A stretch of 64,000 nt of DNA from Candidatus Spongiisociaceae bacterium (GCA_965243835.1 OZ251578.1:732854-796853), one strand, 5' to 3'. Numbered from the stretch's first letter, positions 46,888 through 55,581 are shown. Program-made: numbers and translations. Notes: a model not told the origin generated them from the sequence alone.

Positions 46888-48180
46888 ATGACCGGTGTCC
46901 GGCCGGGTTGGGCGTCCGTCCTGCCCAAAGAGGCCGCGGGCGGCGCGCCGTCCTCCGCCCGGCGCATCACCTTTGTCCGCCACGGCCAGTCCCAAGCCAA
47001 CCGGGACGGACTCTGGCAGGGGGCCGGTTCCAGCCCCCTCACCGAGCGGGGCCGGTCCCAGGCGGAGCGGGCCGGGACGCGCCTGTCCCGGCGGCAGTTC
47101 GACATCGTGCAGTCCTCCGACCTGGAACGTTGCCGGGAGACGGCCGCCGCGGCCGGTTTCGCCCCCGAGCTGGACCCCCGCTGGCGGGAAGGCGACCTGG
47201 GAGAATGGGAGGGCCTTCCTTTCGGCGAGGTGTGGAGTCGGCATGGGGAATACTTGGAGAGGGTTTATGCCGGCGAGGACCTGCCCCTGGGTTTCACCGG
47301 GGAGCGCACCTCGGAGGTGGCCGGGCGGGGGTCGGCGGCCATCGGCTCCCTCCTGTCCCGGTTGGACGAGGGCGGCCATGCCCTGGTGTTCGCGCATGGG
47401 GGGCTCATCACCGGGGTAGTGGAGAAACAGTTGGGGATCCCCATTGGCGGACGCAACCTGGGCGTGCCCGCCAACACCGCTTTCTGCCAGCTGGCCTTCA
47501 CCGGGTCCGGCGCCTCCCTGACCGTGTACAACGACGCCTCCCACCTGGGCCCGCTGGGCCCCTGGGTGGAATGGGCCCGGGAGGAGGGAGCGGCCGTTTT
47601 GGAGCTGGTGCGGCACGGGGTGACCGTGGCCAACCTGGCGCGGCGGGTGCAAGGGCAGAGCGACTGGGGGCTGGCCCCCGCCGGGCGCCGTCAGGCGGAG
47701 GCCCTGGGTCGGTGGATCGGCCAAGTGGACAAGGTGTACGCCTCGCCCCTGCCGCGGGCCCGGGATACGGCGGCTTTGGCTTTCCGCCATCCGGCGGAGA
47801 CGGCGGACGGACTGATGGAAATCAACATGGGGGAGTGGGAGGGGGAGATGTGGGAGGAGTTGGCGGAGCGGGGGCTGTTGGACGAGCACCGGGCGGGGAG
47901 CGACCTGCCCCGGGGCGGAACCGGGGAAACCTGGGCCGAGTTGCAACGGCGGGCGGTCAAGACCATCGACGGCTTGGCGGACGCCCACCCCGGATGGCGG
48001 GTGGCGGTGACCTCCCATGGGGGAACCATCCGCGCCTACCTGGCGGGCGTGCTGGGGTTCGGATACGGCGAGCTGGGCAGGCTGGGGCATTTGGCCAACA
48101 CCTCGGTCAGCCAGGTGGTGGCGGGCCCCGACGGGCCCACGGTCACCTCCTACAACGTGGCCGGCCATTTGGAGGAATGA
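46888..48180 (+). CDS. tandem two-domain histidine phosphatase (phosphoglycerate-mutase-like x2)
   Basis: Two RHG motifs (ITFVRHGQSQAN and LELVRHGVTVAN), each followed by its own distal His (FAHGGLI and TSHGGTI). Confidence 0.8.
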   Translation: MTGVRPGWASVLPKEAAGGAPSSARRITFVRHGQSQANRDGLWQGAGSSPLTERGRSQAERAGTRLSRRQFDIVQSSDLERCRETAAAAGFAPELDPRWREGDLGEWEGLPFGEVWSRHGEYLERVYAGEDLPLGFTGERTSEVAGRGSAAIGSLLSRLDEGGHALVFAHGGLITGVVEKQLGIPIGGRNLGVPANTAFCQLAFTGSGASLTVYNDASHLGPLGPWVEWAREEGAAVLELVRHGVTVANLARRVQGQSDWGLAPAGRRQAEALGRWIGQVDKVYASPLPRARDTAALAFRHPAETADGLMEINMGEWEGEMWEELAERGLLDEHRAGSDLPRGGTGETWAELQRRAVKTIDGLADAHPGWRVAVTSHGGTIRAYLAGVLGFGYGELGRLGHLANTSVSQVVAGPDGPTVTSYNVAGHLEE

Positions 48181-48200
48181 CCCCGCCCGGCGGAGGGACG

Positions 48201-49286
48201 ATGCGGGTTTTGTTGGTTACCAATGATTATCCGCCCCGCCCGGGGGGGATTCAGCAGTATTTGGCCAACCTGGTAGCCCATTCCCGGGCTGAGTTTCGGG
48301 TGCTGGCCCCCGCCGGGGAGGGGACGGCGCCGGAGCCGGGTGTAGTGCGGGACGGTCGGCGGTTTATGTGGCCCACCCGCCGCATCCGCCGCTGGGTGGA
48401 GGAGCATGTGCGGGATTTCGCCCCGGCGGTGATTCTTTTCGGCGCCCCCCACCCGCTGGCGGCGTTGGGGCCGGGTCTGACCGACCGCCGGGGAATTCCC
48501 TACGCGGTGATCGCCCATGGGGGGGAGATAACCCTGCCCGCCGCCCTCCCCGGAGCGCGGCAGGCGTTGCGCCGAATCCTGCGGGGTGCGGCCCTGGTAT
48601 TAACCGTGTCCGAGTTCACCGCCCGCCGCGTCCGAAAAATAGCCGATGCAGAAGTCGAGGTATTGGGGGCCGGCGTGGACCTGGAGGCGTTCCGACCGGA
48701 GCAACCGGAGCGGGGCGAGTCCCCCACCGGAGAAGAAGACCCCCTGACTTTGGGATGCATTTCCCGTTTCGTCCCCCGCAAAGGCCACAGACGGGTCATC
48801 CGGGCCGCCGAACGGCTAGCGGCCGCAGGCCGCCCGGTGCAGGTTCTGCTAGCCGGAGAAGGACGCCTGGAATCCAGACTCCGCCGCCAAGCCGCCCGGG
48901 CTGCGGTTCCGGTGCGGGTGGAGATGGGAGTAAGTTGGGAGCAGTTGCCCGCCCTCTACCGGCAGTGCGACATTTTCGCAATGCCCTCCCGCTCCCGCTG
49001 GCTGGGCCTGGAAACGGAGGGTCTGGGAATTGTTTACCTGGAGGCCGCCGCCTGCGGCCGCCCGGTAATAGCCGGAACCTCCGGCGGCGCCCCCGAGACG
49101 GTGGTCCCCGGCGTAACCGGTTTAGTAGCCTCCTCCCCCCGCCGCCTAGCCGAAGCGGTAGAGATAATCGCCCCCCAACGAAAGAAAATAGGCCAAGCCG
49201 CCCGCCGCCGCGCCGAGGAGCGTTACTCCTGGCAACAAACCGCCCACCGCCTAGACACCGCCCTAAAAAAGATAACCACCCCCTGA
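48201..49286 (+). CDS. GT4-family glycosyltransferase
   Basis: MRVLLVTNDYPPRPGGIQ N-terminus and the E-x7-E region EGLGIVYLEAAACGRPVIAGTSGGAPE. ATG at 48201 within a longer track ORF. Confidence 0.85.
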   Translation: MRVLLVTNDYPPRPGGIQQYLANLVAHSRAEFRVLAPAGEGTAPEPGVVRDGRRFMWPTRRIRRWVEEHVRDFAPAVILFGAPHPLAALGPGLTDRRGIPYAVIAHGGEITLPAALPGARQALRRILRGAALVLTVSEFTARRVRKIADAEVEVLGAGVDLEAFRPEQPERGESPTGEEDPLTLGCISRFVPRKGHRRVIRAAERLAAAGRPVQVLLAGEGRLESRLRRQAARAAVPVRVEMGVSWEQLPALYRQCDIFAMPSRSRWLGLETEGLGIVYLEAAACGRPVIAGTSGGAPETVVPGVTGLVASSPRRLAEAVEIIAPQRKKIGQAARRRAEERYSWQQTAHRLDTALKKITTP

Positions 49287-49423
49287 GCCGAGATTTGCTG
49301 TAACCAACCAAATCCGTGTCCCGCCCGCCCACTGCTCGTCCATCCCAGATCGATATCAACGACCGCCCCATAGAAACCCGCCGTTGTCCATTGATGAACG
49401 GAAACCCGGTAGCATAATAACCT

Positions 49424-50560
49424 ATGACTAGAAAGAACCTGATTCGTTGGATTATAGGGGCGGTAGCGTTCGCCGTTCTAGTAGCCGTCCCGGTCTTCGC
49501 CCAAATTCAATTTAGCGATGTCCCCGAAGATGAAGACAATATCCGCCGGGCGGATATTCAGTTTGTAGCCGAAGAAGGTTGGTTTGCGGGCTACCCGGAC
49601 GGTACCTTCAAGCCCGACCGGAATATTTCCCCCGACCAGATGACAACGGTGCTAACTCGCGCCTTCGGCGAAGGGATAACGCGGGAGGAATTCGCCTCGT
49701 TCCTAAGATGGGGGAATATAGGCAAAGAACGGATAGCCCCTGCTATCTCCGCCGCTGACGCCGCCCGCGCCGCCGCCGAAGCCGCCTTCGAAGCCTACGG
49801 CGAATTGTTCTTCATACCCGGAGCAGACGAAGCCGAATACGCTAACACCGCCGAAGCCGCCCGCGCCGCTGCCCAAGCCGCCCACGCCGCTATCAACGCC
49901 TCCGCCGCCGCCCTCTCCGCCAAAGCCGCCGCGGAAGCCGCCGCCGCCGATGCCTGCCAAGACCGTCGGGACGGTGCCTCCGCTGAAGTGGTTTCCGCCG
50001 CCGCTCTCGCTACCGCCTCCGCCGCAGAAGCCGCCCTTGCCGCCGCTTCCGCCGAGGCCGCCCGCGCCGCCGCTTCCACCGCCCGCGCCGCCGCCCCCTA
50101 CGCCCTCTTTCTCCCTAGCAGAGATGCTGGCGTCGCTCACCGTGTCTTTAACCCCGACGCTTATATCGCCCTCTCCTATTACTCCGATGCCCTCGATGCC
50201 GTTGAGGCCGCCCGCGCTGTCCGCGATGCCGCCGACGACCTTCTCGAAGCCCACGGCTCTCAAGGTGCCCTTGCCGTCGCCCGTAGCGTCGCCTATGAAA
50301 CGCTTGACGAATACAGAGAATTATCCACCAAAGCCGAAATCGCCGATTCCTATGCCCGTAGCGCTAGCACCGTCGAAGCCTACTACTCCGGCGGTGCTCG
50401 CTCCTACGCAGAAGCCGCCCACCAAGCCGCCCGCGCTGATGCCCAAGCCGCTTGGGCTGCCGCCCGTCTAGCCAAAGACACCGCCGTCGCCTACGCCGAC
50501 ATTGCCGAAGTCGCCGCCGATGATGCCGCCGTTTGGGTTCGCGATGTCTGCTATTTATAA
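49424..50560 (+). CDS. secreted protein: one SLH-like domain plus a long Ala-rich helical region
   Basis: Signal peptide ...VAVPVFAQ then IQFSDVPEDEDNIRRADIQFVAEEGWFAGYPDGTFKPDRNISPDQMTTVLTRAF. The N-terminal module closely resembles 56311..56943 and 56967..57671. Confidence 0.7.
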   Translation: MTRKNLIRWIIGAVAFAVLVAVPVFAQIQFSDVPEDEDNIRRADIQFVAEEGWFAGYPDGTFKPDRNISPDQMTTVLTRAFGEGITREEFASFLRWGNIGKERIAPAISAADAARAAAEAAFEAYGELFFIPGADEAEYANTAEAARAAAQAAHAAINASAAALSAKAAAEAAAADACQDRRDGASAEVVSAAALATASAAEAALAAASAEAARAAASTARAAAPYALFLPSRDAGVAHRVFNPDAYIALSYYSDALDAVEAARAVRDAADDLLEAHGSQGALAVARSVAYETLDEYRELSTKAEIADSYARSASTVEAYYSGGARSYAEAAHQAARADAQAAWAAARLAKDTAVAYADIAEVAADDAAVWVRDVCYL

Positions 50561-50899
50561 GTCGTTCTTACGATAGTGTAGGTTGCCCCGCTTCCAGTTC
50601 CCGTCAGGCGGTGACGCATCTGGCTTTCGATGACTACTCACCTGTTGCAAAGCGAAGAAGCGGAAAGGGAGGCATAGGCGACCTTCGTAGAAGCGATCTA
50701 CATTGTCACACCTGACGATCATTTACCCGCTGGTGAAGTTGGCGGGGGCGGAACAAAGCAGGTCGTCGGGCCGGAGCGCCACGGCGTTGGTTGCCCGGAT
50801 TCTCCCGGCGATGCGGGGAAGTAACACTCTGAACCGGAGACGGCCCGCCGCGCCGCCGCTCTCCCTTGGCGTCGCTCGCTTCCCCTCCGAGAGAGGCGG

Positions 50900-52213
50900 T
50901 CAGGGGGCGGTGGCGCGCACCCCCCACCATGTCGACCATTCGGAGGGATGGCATTCGGTGATGAAATGGAGATCGCCCAAAGCCGGGTTCCGCCAGGGGA
51001 TGATGCACCTGGCCTCCGAGGGCGGCTCTACCTGTTGGAAGGTGAGGGAGCGGAAGGGATGCATGGGCACATTCTCCCTGTAGCCGTTTTCGCGACTGGG
51101 TGGTTCATTACGGACGGTCACTTGTCCACTGCTGAAGTCGTCGGGGGCGGTCCTGGTCAGGATGGGAAAGGCCGCTCTCGGCGACCTGGCCTCGAAACTT
51201 CTGCCGCGGTAGGGACTTTCTCCTTTATACATATGAAGCGTTTGAGGGATTTGCAACCATTCGTTCTCCCCAGAGATGGTGTGCAGGTCTACGCTGATAC
51301 CTATATCGATGGGTTTGGGCTTGACCGGGACGGGACCATCGGGATCGGCGATATAAGCGGCGAAGAGCGGAGTGTCGCCTTCTTCATCGGAGCCGGGATG
51401 AACAAACCAGTGGACCACCACATCCCGTTCATCGTAGGGCACCTCCGGCACCGGTTGCGGTGGGATGGTGACCGTCGGGCCGCGGGTGGTGGTAGTGGTC
51501 GGCGCGGTGGTGGTCGTGGTGGTAGTGGTCGGGACGGGGGGTCGCTCCGCAACCGACTGCCAGGGTATTTTCACCTCCGCCAATAGTCTTCCGTTCGCCG
51601 GGCCGCCGGGGCGGTATTCCGTTACCCGCACCGTTCCCATGGTCAGCTCGGCGAACCAGGCCAGCGGCGTGGTGTAGCGGGAGGCGGCGGTGGGGAAGGG
51701 GAGGTTGAGCGTCTGCCCGCCGTTGAACTCGATCCGGTAGGTCACCGGCGGGGAGCATGGAGTTACCAGGAAACGGATCTGCGCGGGAGGCTGGGCGGCG
51801 GCCGAGGTGCGTTCCGCCGCTCCGAGCGGCCAGCCGCACTGGGAGGCGCCGGCCGGGGCGGTGGTGAGGGGGATGGTGGCGGGGGCGGCCGTGGTTGCCG
51901 GGGGCGGCGTATCGGTCAGGGAAGGGAGGCCTCCGTACATTACTTGCGCCCAGTCGGCCCGCGTCCAAACATCGTATCGGTCATACAGCCGCTCCGCCAC
52001 CTTGATGAACTGCCCCTCCGAGAGTTCGTCATCGGGGCGCATATTGCCGTCCGGGAAGCCTTGGAACAGGCCCTCCGTTTTGGCGTAGCGGATGGCGTCT
52101 ATCCGCCGGTGGTCGTCCGGGACGTCGGGGAACCATCCTTCGGCGGCCCAGGCGCCCCCTCCGGCGAGTACGGCGGCGGTGAGTATCAGGGCGGCGGCGG
52201 TGCGGAGTTTCAT
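50900..52213 (-). CDS. secreted envelope protein A (SLH-like module, poly-Thr linker, variable C-terminal domain)
   Basis: Signal peptide MKLRTAAALILTAAVLAGGGAWA, then EGWFPDVPDDHRRIDAIRYAKTEGLFQGFPDGNMRPDD and T8/T5 runs. ATG at 52213 is preceded by GGAAGGAAAA and upstream module copy 1. Confidence 0.7.
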   Translation of the reverse strand: MKLRTAAALILTAAVLAGGGAWAAEGWFPDVPDDHRRIDAIRYAKTEGLFQGFPDGNMRPDDELSEGQFIKVAERLYDRYDVWTRADWAQVMYGGLPSLTDTPPPATTAAPATIPLTTAPAGASQCGWPLGAAERTSAAAQPPAQIRFLVTPCSPPVTYRIEFNGGQTLNLPFPTAASRYTTPLAWFAELTMGTVRVTEYRPGGPANGRLLAEVKIPWQSVAERPPVPTTTTTTTTAPTTTTTRGPTVTIPPQPVPEVPYDERDVVVHWFVHPGSDEEGDTPLFAAYIADPDGPVPVKPKPIDIGISVDLHTISGENEWLQIPQTLHMYKGESPYRGRSFEARSPRAAFPILTRTAPDDFSSGQVTVRNEPPSRENGYRENVPMHPFRSLTFQQVEPPSEARCIIPWRNPALGDLHFITECHPSEWSTWWGVRATAP

Positions 52214-52232
52214 AGTTGTGTTTTCCTTCCGG

Positions 52233-52349
52233 GTAGATGTTGGCAAAAACGCTACCCCCCCCCCCGTTTTGTCAAATTGAGATCGTTCACGTCGAGGTTC
52301 CGAGGGCGGGCGGGGGACCAAATTGGGCTTTGCGCTGGGATTATGCGGG
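52233..52349 (-). promoter_or_regulatory. conserved upstream module copy 1 (TTGACA at 52270-52275, G11 at 52255-52265, TAGCGT at 52249-52254)
   Basis: Minus-strand reading: CAATTTGACAAAAC-G11-TAGCGTTTTTGCCAACATCTAC. Shared with the copies at 54081, 58486 and 59828. Confidence 0.5.
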
Positions 52350-52592
52350 CGAGGCTGGGCGACGGCCGAGGTGCGTTCCGCCGCTCCGAGCGGCTAGCCG
52401 CACCGAGAGACGCCGGCCGGGGCGGTGGTGAGGGGGATGGTGGCGGGGGCGGCCGTGGTCGCCGGGGGCGGCGTATCGGTCAGGGAAGGGAGGCCTCCGT
52501 ACATTACTTGCGCCCAGTCGGCCCGCGTCCAAACATCGTATCGGTCATACAGCCGCTCCGCCACCTTGATGAACTGCCCCTCCGAGAGTTCG
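52345..52592 (-). pseudogene. truncated internal copy of envelope protein gene A (about codons 62-143)
   Basis: Aligns with 51783-52028 with about 8 mismatches and a 2 nt indel (by eye). An in-frame stop replaces GASQCGW (GVSRCG*). It has no signal peptide or start of its own family type. Confidence 0.75.
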
Positions 52593-52750
52593 ACGGGGGG
52601 AAGCGGGGAAGCGAGAGGGGCGGACATCCGGGGAGGAGGGGGGACGGGCCGGACGCGGGAGGGCGGGGGGGATGGGGTTTTTGCGGGGGCGGCGAGACGG
52701 CGGGGCACCGGTTCTTTCCGGGTTTCCCCCTCCCCGCCGCCTCCCAGGTT

Positions 52751-54061
52751 TTATTCGGCGGCGGGGGCGTTGGCCCGCACTCCCCACCAGGCGGCCCACT
52801 CGGAGGGGCGGCATTCGGGGCGGTACCGCAAACTCCAGGTTTTTCGCAAACCGGATGTGGACGAAGACCAGGGGTTGAGGAACGCCGCGACGCATTCGGC
52901 GGCGGGGGGTTGCGCTTCGACGAACGTGACGCTGCGGAAGGGATGCGGCGGCACTTCCCGCCCGCCTTTTATTTTGGGTTCGGCGAGACGCAACCGTATG
53001 CTCTCCCAGTCGGCGGGCACCGTCCAGGTGCGTATAGGGAAAGCGGCGGTCGACGAACTCGATCCGTACAACGAGAACCCGGTGTCCTCCCGCCTCTCCC
53101 CCACTTCACTGCTGGTAAATACCTCCAGACGGAAGAACAAACTGGCGTAGGGCATGTCGAGGGGGATGGGCCCGTCGGGGTCGGCCACATAGACCGAAAC
53201 GAACGAGAAGTCGCCCGGTTCCGCCCTGTGCCCGAAGTAGTGGATTATCACATCCCGCTGATCGTAGGGCACTTCCGGCACCGGTAGGGGCGGGATGGTG
53301 ACCGTCGGCGGCCTGGTGGTGGTCGTGGTCGGTGCCGGCAAGGTCGTAGTCGTGGTCGTGGTTGTGGTCGTGGTGGGTGCGGGGGGACGGGAAGCGGCCG
53401 ACTGCCAGGGTATCTTCGTCTCGCCCAGGAGCTCCCCGTCCGCCGGGCCGCCGGGGCGGTATTCCGTCACCCGCACCGTTCCCATCGTGAGGTCGGCGAA
53501 CCAGGCCAGCGGCGTCGTGTGCCGGGCGGCGGAGGTGGGGAAGGGGAGGTTGAGGGTTTGCCCGCCGTTGAACTCGATCCGGTAGGTAACTGGAGGGGAA
53601 CAGGGGGTTACCAGGAAACGGATTTGCGCCGGGGGGCTGGGGGCGGCGGTGATGCGTTCCGCCGCTCCGAGCGGCCACCCGCACGAACCGCTCGCCGGAA
53701 CCGGGGGAACGGTAGCGGCCGGCGGGCCCGGGGGGGCTGGCGGGGGCGGGGGCGGTGATCCGCTCAGGGAGGGGAGGCCGCCGTACATTACTTGCGCCCA
53801 GTCGGCCCGCGTCCAAACATCGTATCGGTCATACAGCCGCTCCGCCACCTTGATGAACTGCCCCTCCGAGAGTTCGTCATCGGGGCGCAGATTGCCGTCC
53901 GGGAAGCCTTGGAACAGGCCCTCCGTTTTGGCGTAGCGGATGGCGTCTATCCGCCGGTGGTCGTCCGGGACGTCGGGGAACCATCCTTCGGCGGCCCAGG
54001 CGCCGCCTCCGGCGAGTACGGCGGCGGTGAGTATCAGGGCGGCGGCGGTGCGGAGTTTCAT
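52751..54061 (-). CDS. secreted envelope protein B (paralog of A with divergent C-terminal third)
   Basis: The first ~95 aa are virtually identical to protein A. Middle region is collinear, the poly-Thr run is longer (T11), and the C-terminal ~170 aa are strongly diverged but end in the shared C(H/R)PSEW..WWGVRA motif. Confidence 0.7.
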   Translation of the reverse strand: MKLRTAAALILTAAVLAGGGAWAAEGWFPDVPDDHRRIDAIRYAKTEGLFQGFPDGNLRPDDELSEGQFIKVAERLYDRYDVWTRADWAQVMYGGLPSLSGSPPPPPPAPPGPPAATVPPVPASGSCGWPLGAAERITAAPSPPAQIRFLVTPCSPPVTYRIEFNGGQTLNLPFPTSAARHTTPLAWFADLTMGTVRVTEYRPGGPADGELLGETKIPWQSAASRPPAPTTTTTTTTTTTLPAPTTTTTRPPTVTIPPLPVPEVPYDQRDVIIHYFGHRAEPGDFSFVSVYVADPDGPIPLDMPYASLFFRLEVFTSSEVGERREDTGFSLYGSSSSTAAFPIRTWTVPADWESIRLRLAEPKIKGGREVPPHPFRSVTFVEAQPPAAECVAAFLNPWSSSTSGLRKTWSLRYRPECRPSEWAAWWGVRANAPAAE

Positions 54062-54080
54062 CGTTGTGTTTTCCTTCCGG

Positions 54081-54157
54081 GTGGATGTTGGCAAAAACGC
54101 TACCCCCCCCCCCGTTTTGTCAAATTGAGATCGTTCGCGATGGGGGTCCGACGGCGG
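54081..54157 (-). promoter_or_regulatory. conserved upstream module copy 2 (TTGACA at 54118-54123, G11 at 54103-54113, TAGCGT at 54097-54102)
   Basis: Identical in core to copy 1. The distal part of the module is replaced by unrelated sequence. Confidence 0.5.
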
Positions 54158-54190
54158 GAAGGTTGCCAGCGGGGGCCCGACGGTTTTGAT

Positions 54191-54219
54191 TTGACATCCT
54201 TTTTTAAATAATGTAGAAT
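54191..54219 (+). promoter_or_regulatory. near-consensus promoter TTGACA-17-TAGAAT in an AT-rich tract upstream of the HNH/DUF222 gene
   Basis: TTGACA at 54191-54196, a 17 nt spacer, TAGAAT at 54214-54219, about 45 nt before the ATG at 54265. Confidence 0.4.
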
Positions 54220-54264
54220 ATAGGAATAAATAATAATCAATCCGGGTTATACCCTATACAAGAA

Positions 54265-55581
54265 ATGTCACACCCCCCCGGTAAGGTGAACACCATGCAA
54301 CACAACCGCCAAACCCCGCCCGCAAACCCGGAGCAAACCTGCGCCCGGTCCGTAACGGCCACCGCCGTTGCGGTAGCCGATCTGCGCCAATTGCTGGGAG
54401 CGGGTTCTTCCCGCACCCGGCTGGGTCAAGTGGCGGAGGCGGTGAAGCAGATGGAAGCCTTGGTGTCTTCCCTGAAATGCGACTTGGCGGGACAGCTCAA
54501 CCGCACCGACGGCGGATCCGGGACGGGCGAGGTGTTACGGGATCAGTTGGGGGTTACCAACCATCAGGCCAAGCACCTGTCGCAGGTGGCCCGCCGCCTG
54601 GAGGAGATGCCCAACACCCGCGCCAAACTAGAGGCGGGGGAGATCACTTTGCAGAACGCCTCGGCGCTGGCCGCGGCCGCAAGCGAGTGCGGATCCCGGA
54701 AGGTGGATCAAAACGAAGGGTTGCTGAACGAGGCGGCGGCCGCCAACCCGGATGATTTCCGCAAGCGGTCCCGCCGGTGGGCCAACGCCCACAGTCCCGA
54801 TCGGGGCGAAGAGTTGTTGGAGCGGCAACGCCGGCGGCGCAAAGCGCACCTGTTTTGGAGCCGGGAATTGGAGATGGGGGTTCTGCGCGCCGAGTTGGAT
54901 TCCATAAGCTTCGGGCAAGTGCAACAAGCCCTCGATCAACACACCGACTTGCTGCGGAGGGACGACTCCGGCGGGGAAGTTCACCCCGATGATGTCCGCA
55001 CCGGCGACCAACGACGCGCCGATGCCTTGGTGGAGTTGTTAACCGGCCGCCGCGCCCACACCCTGGAGCCCCTTCCCGACGCCGGAGGCGCGGGTAAAGA
55101 CCCCACGCAGTTGGTGGTAGTAGCCGACTCGGGAGTGATAGACGGCTCCCGCCCGGACGGAAACTGCGAAATCCTGGGAACCGGACCCGTCCCGCCCTCG
55201 GTGCTGAGCAACCTGTCTCCCGACACTTCCGTGTGCGGGATCATCTTCAGCGGCAAAGGCCGAGTGTTGTGGCTGGGACGCAACCAACGCTTAGGCAACC
55301 AGGCCCAACGCTTGGCCGCGGCGGTACGGGACAAAGGATGCGTCAGGTGCGACGCCCCTGTTCACCGCACCGAGTTGCATCACCTGCGGGACTGGTACGA
55401 CGGCGGCCCCACCGACATCGACAACCTGGTCTCCCTATGCGGCCCCCACCACCGCGAACTCCAAGAACACAACCGGGAGTTGGTAAAAATTGGAAACAAG
55501 TGGCAAACCCGCCCCCGCACCGGCCCACCACTCCCCAAGCGCCGACCGGCCCGACCCCCCACCCGCGCCGCACCCCCCTGA
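54265..55581 (+). CDS. HNH endonuclease with DUF222 N-terminal domain (REP13E12-type)
   Basis: C-terminal CVRCDAPVHRTELHHLRDWYDGGPTDIDNLVSLCGPHH is an HNH motif. The N-terminal helical region is typical of actinobacterial DUF222 proteins. Confidence 0.85.
   Translation: MSHPPGKVNTMQHNRQTPPANPEQTCARSVTATAVAVADLRQLLGAGSSRTRLGQVAEAVKQMEALVSSLKCDLAGQLNRTDGGSGTGEVLRDQLGVTNHQAKHLSQVARRLEEMPNTRAKLEAGEITLQNASALAAAASECGSRKVDQNEGLLNEAAAANPDDFRKRSRRWANAHSPDRGEELLERQRRRRKAHLFWSRELEMGVLRAELDSISFGQVQQALDQHTDLLRRDDSGGEVHPDDVRTGDQRRADALVELLTGRRAHTLEPLPDAGGAGKDPTQLVVVADSGVIDGSRPDGNCEILGTGPVPPSVLSNLSPDTSVCGIIFSGKGRVLWLGRNQRLGNQAQRLAAAVRDKGCVRCDAPVHRTELHHLRDWYDGGPTDIDNLVSLCGPHHRELQEHNRELVKIGNKWQTRPRTGPPLPKRRPARPPTRAAPP

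Noticed and set aside
46908-49286. 792 aa ORF suggesting one very large protein
   Set aside because: Only the last 361 codons (from the ATG at 48201, MRVLLVTNDYPP...) look like a real protein, the GT4 glycosyltransferase. The upstream part is an out-of-frame read-through of the histidine-phosphatase gene.
50900-54061. Diversity-generating retroelement as the source of C-terminal divergence between envelope proteins A and B
   Set aside because: No reverse transcriptase gene, no template/variable repeat pair and no adenine-specific substitution pattern could be seen. The divergence is spread over the whole C-terminal third.
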